DNA of 32,000 nucleotides from Saccharolobus solfataricus. GTDB lineage: Archaea > Thermoproteota > Thermoprotei_A > Sulfolobales > Sulfolobaceae. Under the pieces are notes generated by a model. The model had not been told where the DNA came from and searched no databases. It worked only from the letters and a program-made list of their open reading frames with translations. Positions 1-7,778 of this stretch are shown in pieces (the first letter of the stretch is position 1; every line of letters starts with the position of its first letter). The position numbers and the translations under genes were made by a program. The stretch is taken from contig NZ_LT549890.1 in assembly GCF_900079115.1 (NCBI RefSeq), positions 1,740,001-1,772,000 of the forward strand. Direction: 5' to 3'.

Positions 1-108
1 CTTCCAGTTCGTAATAATAAACGGTAGGGTGGAGTTTAATGATATACCTAGAGATCTCATCTTGATTGTATCAAAAGATGATTGATTGAGAAACTATCTT
101 TACCAGCT

Positions 109-489
109 CTACAGCTCCATATATTCCCAGAGCTTTCCTTTTCTCTTGAATTTTCTTCTAATTTCACTATATTTTTTGAGAACCTCTTTTTTGAATTCCT
201 CGTCTCCGCATAATATTTTCCCATCCTCTATGATTTCTAGTATAAACGTAGAACCTCCTTCTAACTTCTTTAGGAAAACTTGAGTATTCATAGCTATTGG
301 CATAACCTTTGGAAATTCTATGCTATAAGTTATTGCAAAACCTTTTCTAGGATCACGTGGAAAGACGTCGGAAACTATTAAAACGTCAATATCACTCTGA
401 TCAGTATAGTCTCCTCTAGCATAAGAACCAAAGATAACAACTAGCTTAGGAGTAAACTTAGAATATATTTCACATAGACGTTCCAACAA
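109..489 (-). CDS. Minimal nucleotidyltransferase (MNT) domain protein, antitoxin-type partner of HEPN
   Basis: 126-aa ORF. The N-terminus VVIFGSYARGDYTDQSDIDVLIV matches the G-S...D-x-D polymerase-beta-type NTase motif. Its start overlaps the upstream HEPN ORF by 20 nt. Confidence 0.8.
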   Translation of the reverse strand: MLERLCEIYSKFTPKLVVIFGSYARGDYTDQSDIDVLIVSDVFPRDPRKGFAITYSIEFPKVMPIAMNTQVFLKKLEGGSTFILEIIEDGKILCGDEEFKKEVLKKYSEIRRKFKRKGKLWEYMEL

Positions 490-862
490 TTTCTTTCACC
501 CAAGCTAAAATTTTCCTAGCACATTCTAAACAAGACGTAGCATCATCTTTGCTGTAATAATCTAATGGAGCCCCTTGATCGTACACATCAGGATATCGAG
601 AAGGAATATAATTCTTATCAAGCTCTTGTGCACATTTTAATATCCAGTCGGGAATAGATATAGATGAGAATTGTAAAAGAAAAGTAATAGAGTGTCCTCT
701 CATCTCCTTATGGAAATAACTTAGCAAGGATTTAACGGATTTTTCAGCAACTTGTTGTGCTTCATAGCAAGTTTCTTCATAAATTCCATTTTCGAAATTG
801 AGTTCTGCAGACTTAAGGTTTCTCTCTGCTTGCCTCAGCCAATCATAATATCTACTTACCAC
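470..862 (-). CDS. HEPN domain protein, toxin-type partner of MNT
   Basis: 130-aa helical ORF with GHSI and SRYPD motifs typical of archaeal HEPN proteins. It is translationally coupled to the MNT ORF downstream. Confidence 0.7.
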   Translation of the reverse strand: MVSRYYDWLRQAERNLKSAELNFENGIYEETCYEAQQVAEKSVKSLLSYFHKEMRGHSITFLLQFSSISIPDWILKCAQELDKNYIPSRYPDVYDQGAPLDYYSKDDATSCLECARKILAWVKEIVGTSM

Positions 863-1139
863 TGAGTAATAATATAACCTAAGAGCTTATTAAGTTTAGC
901 ACTCTACTGTTTTCATTAAGTTTATAATCTAGTATTAGTTGATAAAAATAATATTAGAATATGTCTATTCTATTATGATGATCTCCGTAAGCATATCGAT
1001 CTTGTGAGCTACCCCCTCCTAAACGGTAGACTCAAAATCATTTTACAAAAAATAATTTCGGTTGGGTAATATCAGATTCTGAAAAATAATAGAATTTATA
1101 GCTTTAATAAGAACGCAACTAATTGAAGAAAGATTTAAG

Positions 1140-2424
1140 GTGAGGAAGCCGGTATTATCACGTGGTGAAGACAAGGTGATAACACCTGGTCTTCCTCACC
1201 AAAATAATCTACAACAAGTAGGGTATAAATTACTTTCCATGTTGAGCTTCAAGGGAAGAAAGGCTGAGGAGGTATCGAGAGTTCTGGTCTTCGCGTGCTT
1301 GTGGAACGACTCCGTGGAAAGCAAGTCCAAAGGGTATAACGTGTCACCACAGACCGTGAGGAACTACGTGGAGGAGCAGGGAACTGAGGTGATCGAGAAG
1401 CTATTAGAGTCCATGAGGAGGATTTCCATGGAGATACTCAAGGGAGTGAAGGAAGTCGACATCTCCATAGACTGGACAACCAAGACGTGGTATGGTAAGC
1501 CGGTGGAGGGACTGGGTAGTTCAGCCAAGGGGAACTCGTGGAACTACGCTACCGCGATCACGAAGTATCAGAATATGGTGCTCCTCCTAGCTTTCGTTCC
1601 CCAAGTTAACGGGATGAGCAAGGATGAGATCGTGAAGTTCCTCATGGAGCAAATTGTGGGAATGGGCCTCAAGGTGGGACTCGTAACCTTGGACGCGGGA
1701 TTCTACACCGTGGAAGTCCTCAAGTTCATATCGCAGTTCAAGTTCGTGATAGGAGTCCCTGTGGGGGACGTGAAGATCTACGAGGAGTTCGACGGAGAGT
1801 ACACGACAAACAGTAAGAGGCATAAGAAGGAAGAGTAGGTCAAGTTCAGACTCCTGGTGTATGGTAAGGAAATCGTTTAGTAGTTTAAGGATATTCCCTT
1901 ACCATAAAAAGTCAAAATATTTATCCATGTATTTATAAATATCTTTCATTGTACTTCTTAATATTATAGCTTATCAATAAACATTTTTCATCTAACCAGG
2001 AAAGATTCGTTATATATTTTTAACGTAACGTAAAAGTGTAACGATTTTCCTATAAATGCTAATCGTTAAGAAGAGGAAGAAGATCGTGGTGTACTTCGCG
2101 AGGGCGACCAACCTCGACCTACCCAAGAGGGAAGTGCTGAAGTTGTACAACAAGGTTAGGAGTCCCATTGAGACGTCTTACAGGAACATCAAGGCCTTCC
2201 TTCCCTTCACGAGCTCCACCAAGTTCATCTTCCGCGAGTTGATCTTCGTGCTGGCCATGATCTTCTACTCGCTTTACACCGTGTTTAAGAACGGCATGAC
2301 AAGAGAGGAGTTTAGATTGCTGCTCATCCTCTGCTTTCTAGACGATTTATCTGATCTAAAGGATTTTATATTTAATTTTGAGGAAACACTTATTAATACT
2401 ATAGATTTATTTTTATGGAGGTGA
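1140..2424 (+). pseudogene. DDE transposase of the ISC1217-like element, broken by a nonsense codon and a MITE-like insertion
   Basis: ORFs 1140-1838 and 2056-2424 are collinear with the split copy-B transposase. TAG at 1836-1838 replaces CAG of copy B. Coding sequence resumes at 2068. DDE-like motifs are DWTTKTW, TLDAGFY and SPIETSYRNIK. Confidence 0.85.
1878..2061. mobile_element. MITE-like 184-bp non-coding insertion (size matches the Sulfolobus SM2 class, not verified)
   Basis: Absent from copy B at the homologous site. Flanked by a direct duplication (a)atcgtt at 1871-1877 and 2061-2067. Imperfect terminal IRs are tagtagtttaagg and tagcatttatagg (reverse complement of the right end). 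AT-rich with no ORF. Confidence 0.6.
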
Positions 2425-2509
2425 TTTTGGGTCTACCGGTTAGGGCGGGGTAGCTCACGAAACTCTTAATTCCATTAGAATAAGATGACTGTATGAGACC
2501 TCCCATTAT

Positions 2510-3028
2510 CTATGTGTTTTTAAAGTCTTTACCTAATTTAACTCTGATTCCCTCAATTATTATTCCCTTATTTTTCATCGTTTTTAGGTATGCAGCGTAT
2601 TCTTCTCCTAAATCTTCTCTAACCTTATCTAAGGTCGTTTCTCCTCCCGCAGTTATTAAATAATTTATCAGTTCCGCTTCAATTTTATCTGGAGTCAGAT
2701 TCTTTTTTTCTTCTATCTTTTCAATATCCTCTTCGTCTTCATCTTTTGCTAGTTCCTTACTTCTTTTATACTGTTCATACGAAAGCTCGTCCAGTTTAGC
2801 GTAAATTCTAACATGCCTCCTATAAGCCTCTATTATCCTGTATGCTATATCTAAGGCCTCTTGATCAGATAATCTAATTATTTTGTCACTTTTATCGTCA
2901 CCAATTCTTATAAAAAACCCACCATCAATTACATTTCCCTCCTTTATCACTGGAGGAGATTCGCCTATCCTAATCCAAACAGTACTTCCATCATCCTTTT
3001 TATGAACTTTCCTAACTATAATTGGCAT
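2510..3028 (-). CDS. Hypothetical protein with a central acidic/lysine-rich linker
   Basis: 172-aa ORF with host-like AT-rich codon usage. I recognise no motif. Confidence 0.45.
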   Translation of the reverse strand: MPIIVRKVHKKDDGSTVWIRIGESPPVIKEGNVIDGGFFIRIGDDKSDKIIRLSDQEALDIAYRIIEAYRRHVRIYAKLDELSYEQYKRSKELAKDEDEEDIEKIEEKKNLTPDKIEAELINYLITAGGETTLDKVREDLGEEYAAYLKTMKNKGIIIEGIRVKLGKDFKNT

Positions 3029-3173
3029 ACCTAATAATATATAGAGTTGCCACTTTAAAAATCATTTTTAACTGAGATCAAGTATTACTTTTGTTGATAA
3101 ACTAACGTAGCCGTTGCCAACAGTTTCCGATAAACCGTAAAGTTTATATTATTTTGCCACAAACTCTTATACA

Positions 3174-3752
3174 ATGCTAAGACCTAAGGAAGCATGCCAA
3201 AGACTAGGAATATCCTATGCAACACTTAGAGAATACGTTAAGAAAGGATACATAAAACCAGTTATACTACAGAGCGGAAAATGGAGATTCAGAGAAGAAG
3301 ACGTAGAGAGGCTAATGGGAATTATTAGAAAAAGAAAAGTAATACTTTACGCCAGAGTATCATCTTCCACGCAAAAAGACGATCTAGTAAACCAAGTGAA
3401 GTACCTAGAGGAACAAGTCAAAGAATACGACCAAGTAATTACTGACGTAGGTTCAGGGTTAAACATGAAGAGAAAGGGGTTCTTGAAGTTGTTAAGAATG
3501 ATATTAAACAACGAAGTATCACGCGTAGTTGTTGCTTACCCAGACAGACTTGTTAGATTCGGCTTCGAAATCCTAGAGGAAGTGTGCAAAGCACATGGTT
3601 GTGAAATAGTAGTACTAAACCAAGAGGACAAAGAAGAAGAATTGGTCGAAGACTTAGTCTCAATACTAGTCTCATTCAGTGGGAAACTCTATGGCATGAG
3701 GAGTCATAAATACGAGAAGGTGAAGAAATGTGTTGAAGAACTTAAGAATTAG
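3174..3752 (+). CDS. tnpA: IS607-type serine recombinase TnpA (MerR-like HTH plus resolvase catalytic domain)
   Basis: N-terminal HTH (CQRLGISYATLREYVKKG) followed by YARVSSSTQKDD, which carries the catalytic serine motif. Overlaps tnpB by 23 nt. Confidence 0.85.
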   Translation: MLRPKEACQRLGISYATLREYVKKGYIKPVILQSGKWRFREEDVERLMGIIRKRKVILYARVSSSTQKDDLVNQVKYLEEQVKEYDQVITDVGSGLNMKRKGFLKLLRMILNNEVSRVVVAYPDRLVRFGFEILEEVCKAHGCEIVVLNQEDKEEELVEDLVSILVSFSGKLYGMRSHKYEKVKKCVEELKN

Positions 3753-4989
3753 AAAATTTGAACCGGAAGAGGAATACGTGTACTTCACGTACTCCATCAA
3801 GAATAGTGAGAGGGAGAAGAGCAAAGAATTAATTAAAGAATACAGAACACTACTACAGAAAGCAATTGACCACCTGTGGAATTTAACAAAAATACAAGTA
3901 AGAAAGAACGGTAATTACAAGATAACACTACCGAAGAAGAAGGAAGTGTACAAACCACTTAGGGAAGAGTTGGAGAAGATCAATCACCTCGCGTCACACT
4001 ACGTCGATAAGGCAATTAATGACGCATTCTCGATCCTCACATCGTGGAGGAAAAGGGCTATAAAGGGGAGAGCTTCGATTGAAAAACCAAGGGTGAAGAA
4101 GGCTTACGTTAGGATAAAGACGACTTTGAGGAAGGTTGTGGGGGAAAGCGTTAGAATAACTGTAAGACCTTATGAGTACATCACCTTCTCGTGGAGTAAG
4201 TCATGGTTCTCAAGAAGGGTTAGGGAGTTGGAACTCGGCGAACCTATAATTAAGGAGGAGAAAGTGTATTTGCCATTTCGTTACAAGTTACCGTGGGTAA
4301 CACCATTAAACTTTCTGGCCATTGACTCCAACCTTTATACTCTAGATGCTTATGATGGTGAGAAATTCGTTACAATCTCACTAAAGCAGTTGTACTCCCT
4401 TAAGTACTCCATGGAGGTGAAGAGGGCTAAGGTGCAATCATTTGCATCTAAGCACACGAAGAGGGGGAGAGAGTTGATGAGGAAGTATTCGCATAGGGAG
4501 AGGAATCGCGTTCTTGACTTCGTTCACAAGTTTGTTAACACTTTGTTGGACCTGTACCCCATGACGTTTTTCGCTGTGGAAAAGCTTAACAAAGAGAGTA
4601 TGTTTAAGGATGCTAATGACTCTCTTTCGAGGAAGATTTCTAGGACTGTTTGGAGGAGTATACACAGAGTGTTGAAGTACAAGGCTCCGCTTTACGGTTC
4701 TTTCGTTAAGGAAGTGAACCCGTACCTCACCTCGAGGTCTTGCCCCAGATGTAGGTTTGTATCCCGAAAGGTTGGTAAGACCTTTGAGTGTGAGAGGTGT
4801 GGGTTCAAGTTGGATAGGCAATTGAACGCTTCACTGAATATTTATCTCAAGATGTGCGGTTTTCCTCACATCCGTTCACGGGTGTGGGTTGGGGTTATTC
4901 CGCTAATGGGGCGGAGAGGGATGAACGTCCGCGACTTCGGTGAAGCCCAAGGGCTGAGGGTTGATATTAAATATCATGAAATCCTATGA
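3730..4989 (+). CDS. tnpB: TnpB (OrfB) RuvC-like RNA-guided nuclease family protein
   Basis: 419 aa. RuvC-like motifs LAIDSN, FAVEKL and LDRQLNASLNI. Zinc ribbon CPRC-x13-CERC. No internal stops. Confidence 0.85.
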   Translation: MLKNLRIRKFEPEEEYVYFTYSIKNSEREKSKELIKEYRTLLQKAIDHLWNLTKIQVRKNGNYKITLPKKKEVYKPLREELEKINHLASHYVDKAINDAFSILTSWRKRAIKGRASIEKPRVKKAYVRIKTTLRKVVGESVRITVRPYEYITFSWSKSWFSRRVRELELGEPIIKEEKVYLPFRYKLPWVTPLNFLAIDSNLYTLDAYDGEKFVTISLKQLYSLKYSMEVKRAKVQSFASKHTKRGRELMRKYSHRERNRVLDFVHKFVNTLLDLYPMTFFAVEKLNKESMFKDANDSLSRKISRTVWRSIHRVLKYKAPLYGSFVKEVNPYLTSRSCPRCRFVSRKVGKTFECERCGFKLDRQLNASLNIYLKMCGFPHIRSRVWVGVIPLMGRRGMNVRDFGEAQGLRVDIKYHEIL

Positions 4990-5001
4990 AGCCCAAACCC
5001 C
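4850..5001 (+). ncRNA. Predicted right-end guide (omega/re) RNA region of the tnpB element
   Basis: Inferred only from the known TnpB architecture, in which the omega RNA overlaps the tnpB 3-prime end and runs to the right end. The last 103 nt (4899-5001) are the part retained in the tnpB-less copy. The 5-prime boundary is a guess. Confidence 0.3.
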
Positions 5002-5121
5002 TTATACACTAGGTATTAACACTTCGTGATAATATCCGCTTATTTTAGGAAAAACTTGTTGCTTCCTTTTTTAGTGAAGTATGAGAAAAAGTTTGGTGTT
5101 AAGACTCCCTAGGAACGGTCC

Positions 5122-5160
5122 AGCTTGTGAAAATTCAACAAATCCACAGAGCATCATCGA
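5122..5160 (+). repeat. Intergenic repeat motif, copy 1 (agcttgtga-aaattcaacaaatccacagagcatc)
   Basis: Matches 14135-14143 plus 14162-14190 at about 33 of 38 positions, with an 18-nt insertion in the second copy. Confidence 0.4.
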
Positions 5161-5199
5161 GATAAAACTTTAAAGTGAACCTACTTTAGTTTAAGTAAA

Positions 5200-5787
5200 A
5201 TGGAAAAGTTCAGAGAAGAGGCGATTCTTGGAACTTTACTATTCCTTTCCTCATTTCTGCTCCATAATCAATATTTCTATTTATCAATTATATTGGTCTA
5301 TGCCCTAGCCTCTTATCTAGGTTTAAAATACATCCCGCCTATTGTCTCCTCGATTCTCTTGATTTTTTCATCATTACATGCGTTCCTTGTACTAATTCCT
5401 TATCCTCTTTTATTCCTAGATAAAAGATTTACAATATCCTTTTTACTCTCCACATTCTTCGCAATGCTTACAGAAAATTACCTTATATTGTTATTAGCAT
5501 TTGCCTTGGATAGGAGGGGGTTGATCTCTTCGGGTTTGTTTCTCTTAATATTGGGAGGGGTCTTCATGAATGTTGAGTATGGTAATGCTGCCTTTTTCCT
5601 AATAGTTGCTGGTGTAATTTCAACCTTAATAGAGACTAAAATTAAAATAGACCATAAAACTTCAGCAGTAGTATATCTCTCATCGCTCCTAATCTTCTAT
5701 AAAATTCCTTACTTAATTCCACTCTTATTATGCTTCTCTCCACTAACGTCTTTACTTTTCTCATGGGTAATCCATTTTTTGCTTTAA
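5200..5787 (+). CDS. Polytopic membrane protein, function unknown
   Basis: 195-aa ORF made almost entirely of hydrophobic segments, about 6 predicted TM helices. Confidence 0.5.
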   Translation: MEKFREEAILGTLLFLSSFLLHNQYFYLSIILVYALASYLGLKYIPPIVSSILLIFSSLHAFLVLIPYPLLFLDKRFTISFLLSTFFAMLTENYLILLLAFALDRRGLISSGLFLLILGGVFMNVEYGNAAFFLIVAGVISTLIETKIKIDHKTSAVVYLSSLLIFYKIPYLIPLLLCFSPLTSLLFSWVIHFLL

Positions 5788-5841
5788 TTAGTACAAAGTA
5801 TATTGCAAAACGGTTTAGTAAGGTAAGGATATTAGATGTGT

Positions 5842-6033
5842 TTACCCGTGGCGTAACTTCTGCTTACTTTTAACCACTTCTAATTCCGCCACGGGCACCC
5901 CTCTTGAGGGCTCATACACACTCACCCTCAACTCATTGGGGCTAGTCGAGGGAAACACCACTACCCTCCCATCCGTATTTGTCGCCCCCAATACCTCGTG
6001 AGCATAGCCCGTCATCAGTATGGAGTTCATCAA
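5842..6033 (-). other. GC-rich 190-bp island, possibly a relic of a mobile-element gene 3-prime end (tnpB-like tail?)
   Basis: The sharp rise in GC resembles the IS genes in this window. The 63-aa ORF has no upstream coding context. NSILMTGY weakly resembles the NA(S/A)xNI tail of TnpB. A perfect 9-bp inverted repeat cccgtggcg/cgccacggg lies at 5846-5896. Confidence 0.3.
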
Positions 6034-6313
6034 TTTATAATGTAGAGGAAATAATATATAAACATAATCATAATAAAGATCATATTGTGAAATGATTAAA
6101 AGTATTTAAAAGTTATGCAAATGTGTTACAGTCTTACCTACTGTGTTGTCTTTTCTTTACCCACCACTTAGCTTATCGTCTTCTTATGATATGATAAAAA
6201 ATAATGATAAGGGAAGATTCTTGACAATTTTGTACTACACGAGACGTTATCCAAGTTGATTAAAATGGCAATTCATGAGTAATATTAATAAGAAATTAGG
6301 ATGAGATAATATT

Positions 6314-6742
6314 ATGGTAAAGGCAATTTCAACTGAAAAGGACCTCTTACTCAAGGTGGATAAATCCTTCCCTTGGGAAACGTTTAGGAGTAAGCTTAAG
6401 TCCCTTTACTCCAAGAAGCCCAAGTGGGACGTCATCTTACTCCTCAAAGTCCTCCTAATCAAGCTCATTTTCGACATCTCTTGGAATAACTTGGAGGGAG
6501 AAATTAGGGACAGTAAGAGTTTTATGGACTTCTTGGACGGGAAAATTCCACCAAAGAGCACAGTATTCTCCTTCTACAAGAAACTCCAACAAACAGTTAT
6601 TCAAGAGGGCGAGACGATGAGAACAACACTGATGGATGAGTTAAACAAGGCTTTGGACAAGGTGATCAGCGAGTATAGGGAAAAGGGCTTTGAACTTGAA
6701 GTTGGGAGAGAAAAAACGATAGGTTCGAGGACTACCACATAA
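6314..6742 (+). CDS. IS5-family transposase, N-terminal part (InsH-N/DUF772-like)
   Basis: 142-aa ORF. The pattern PKWDVILLLKVLLIKLIFDISWNNLEGEIRDSKSFMDFL is typical of the IS5 N-terminal domain. Confidence 0.7.
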   Translation: MVKAISTEKDLLLKVDKSFPWETFRSKLKSLYSKKPKWDVILLLKVLLIKLIFDISWNNLEGEIRDSKSFMDFLDGKIPPKSTVFSFYKKLQQTVIQEGETMRTTLMDELNKALDKVISEYREKGFELEVGREKTIGSRTTT

Positions 6743-7269
6743 TTGACACATTCTTCCGTGAGGCTTACCTTGGAAAGAGGAGTCTTCAAAACGGTCTTGA
6801 GAAGATCTCACTTGACCTTAAGGAGATGGGGTTCAATGACGTTTTTCTCCTCATGGGTTATACTACTTCCAAGCTCAAGAACTTCACAGCCTTTAGGAAG
6901 TATAAGGGTAGTTGGGGTAGGAAGCACGGTAAGTCCTACTTCGGGTTTAAGGTCTGTAACCTTGTGGAAAGGAGGACTAATTTCGTTAGGGACTTCAAGG
7001 TTGGATTGGCCAATTTGAGTGATCTAGCCTTTTCATTTGATAACGTTAAGTTAATGGCCGATAGGGCTTGGATTTCTAGGAAGGACGTCTTAGTTAAGGG
7101 TGTTGGTAGTGCTAGGCTTCCGGTTGAGGGTAGTGGTGTTAAGATTAGGGAAGGTAAGGCTTCGTCTACAACCTTAAGGGGAGTGGTTATAGAGGTATTC
7201 TTCCTTAACCTCTATCGTGATCTCGAAATTCTTTCGACGAGGATTAGGACGAAGGTACTCGTTAATTAA
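6700..7269 (+). CDS. IS5-family transposase, catalytic part in the -1 frame
   Basis: The frame is open from 6700. DDE-type motifs are HIIDTFF, GKSYFGFKV, LMADRAW and VVIEVFFLNLY. It overlaps OrfA across an A6 run at 6711-6716. Confidence 0.65.
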   Translation, partial: SWERKNDRFEDYHIIDTFFREAYLGKRSLQNGLEKISLDLKEMGFNDVFLLMGYTTSKLKNFTAFRKYKGSWGRKHGKSYFGFKVCNLVERRTNFVRDFKVGLANLSDLAFSFDNVKLMADRAWISRKDVLVKGVGSARLPVEGSGVKIREGKASSTTLRGVVIEVFFLNLYRDLEILSTRIRTKVLVN

Positions 7270-7444
7270 CGAGGTTCGTTTACGTGTTTACTTGTTGTTA
7301 TGGCAAATTTTATTGCAAAATTGTACAATTATCTGTATTTTCTCTTGTTAATACATATTATATTATTCTTTATACTTGAATATAATGAAGAATAGTATAA
7401 TATGAGACGTTGTAATTATAATGGTTTTTAATTTTGCTCAAATC

Positions 7445-7690
7445 GGACAACGTCACGAGGTGGCGACACAGGGTCTTCCTCACCAATAGTATATCACCAA
7501 GAAAGAGAGTTCTTATCTCCGCGTGCTTGCGAATAGCAACAAGGTACTGGAAGAGCAAAGAATTGACGTGATCGAGAAGTTATTAGAGTCCATGAGGAGT
7601 GAAGGAAGTTAACATCTCAATAGACTGAACAGTTCAGCCAAGAGCAACTACGCGACTGTGACCACGAAATATCAAGGAATGGTGTATAAA
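7445..7690 (+). pseudogene. Heavily deleted relic of an ISC1217-like transposase 5-prime region
   Basis: Collinear patches match 1160-1590, for example gtcttcctcacc, cgcgtgcttg, gtgatcgagaag.tattagagtccatgagga, agttcagccaag and cacgaa.tatca, separated by deletions. Confidence 0.6.
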
Positions 7691-7778
7691 TATCTCATGT
7701 AGCATTTGTTTAATGTGAGGTGCTAGTGTAAATGGCACGCTTAAAATTATTTATATACATGTCTCTTGATAAAGATAT

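Larger units (their letters stand above)
1024..2438 (+). mobile_element. ISC1217-like IS, copy A (inactivated)
   Basis: Terminal inverted repeats cggtagac[t/c]caaaatca at 1024 and 2438. About 98 percent identical to copy B at 10355-12814. About 1.22 kb after removing the 184-bp insert and its duplication. Confidence 0.8.
3110..5001 (+). mobile_element. IS607-family element (ISC1904-like) with tnpA and tnpB
   Basis: Ends inferred by alignment with the degenerate second copy at 30675-31336. Homology starts near 3110 and stops at caaacccc, 5001. Length is about 1.89 kb. No terminal IRs, as expected for this family. Confidence 0.7.
6217..7330 (+). mobile_element. IS5-family element (boundaries approximate)
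   Basis: Contains the two transposase ORFs below. Candidate imperfect IRs are attcttgacaattttg (6217-6232) and gcaaaattgtacaatt (7314-7330). No clear target duplication. Confidence 0.4.

Noticed and set aside
86-283. Short ORFs overlapping well-supported genes on the other strand or frame. These are 86-283, 6601-6789, 6743-7018, 12508-12795, 15034-15240, 16747-16935, 23161-23403, 26355-26540, 28733-28972, 29609-29815 and 30906-31097.
   Set aside because: Each is embedded in a longer ORF with recognisable domains. Their compositions (Ser/Leu/Phe-rich) are typical of antisense translation of AT-rich genes.
975-1003. Possible C/D-box sRNA with C box atgatga at 975-981. A second look-alike ctgatag...ctga lies at 22295-22345.
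   Set aside because: No properly spaced D, C-prime or D-prime boxes and no terminal stem are present. A single box match is expected by chance in AT-rich DNA.
1587-1823. Long antisense or alternative-frame ORFs inside the IS transposase genes. These are 1587-1823, 4438-4821, 9616-10047, 9735-9977, 10625-10825, 11256-11480, 11365-11574, 11593-11796, 19869-20072, 20091-20300 and 20185-20409.
   Set aside because: They lie entirely within better-supported transposase genes whose high GC content suppresses stop codons on the opposite strand. Their products are low-complexity (Pro/Arg/Ser/Leu rich) and carry no motifs.
2441-2458. tRNA-like start gggcggggtagctcac (acceptor plus D-arm look-alike) flanking ISC1217-like copy A.
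   Set aside because: No D-loop GG, anticodon arm or T-arm (GTTCRAATC) follows. The same sequence occurs inverted on the other flank, so it is part of the palindromic flank and not a tRNA gene.
6241-7412. gagacgtt at 6241 and 7405 as an 8-bp target duplication of the IS5-like element.
   Set aside because: The sequences just inside these repeats share no inverted-repeat similarity. Similarity instead continues in direct orientation past the repeat, indicating a duplicated fragment and not a TSD.
7370-7558. 62-aa minus-strand ORF.
   Set aside because: It overlaps the decayed ISC1217-like fragment and AT-rich spacer. It has no motif and is likely a chance ORF.
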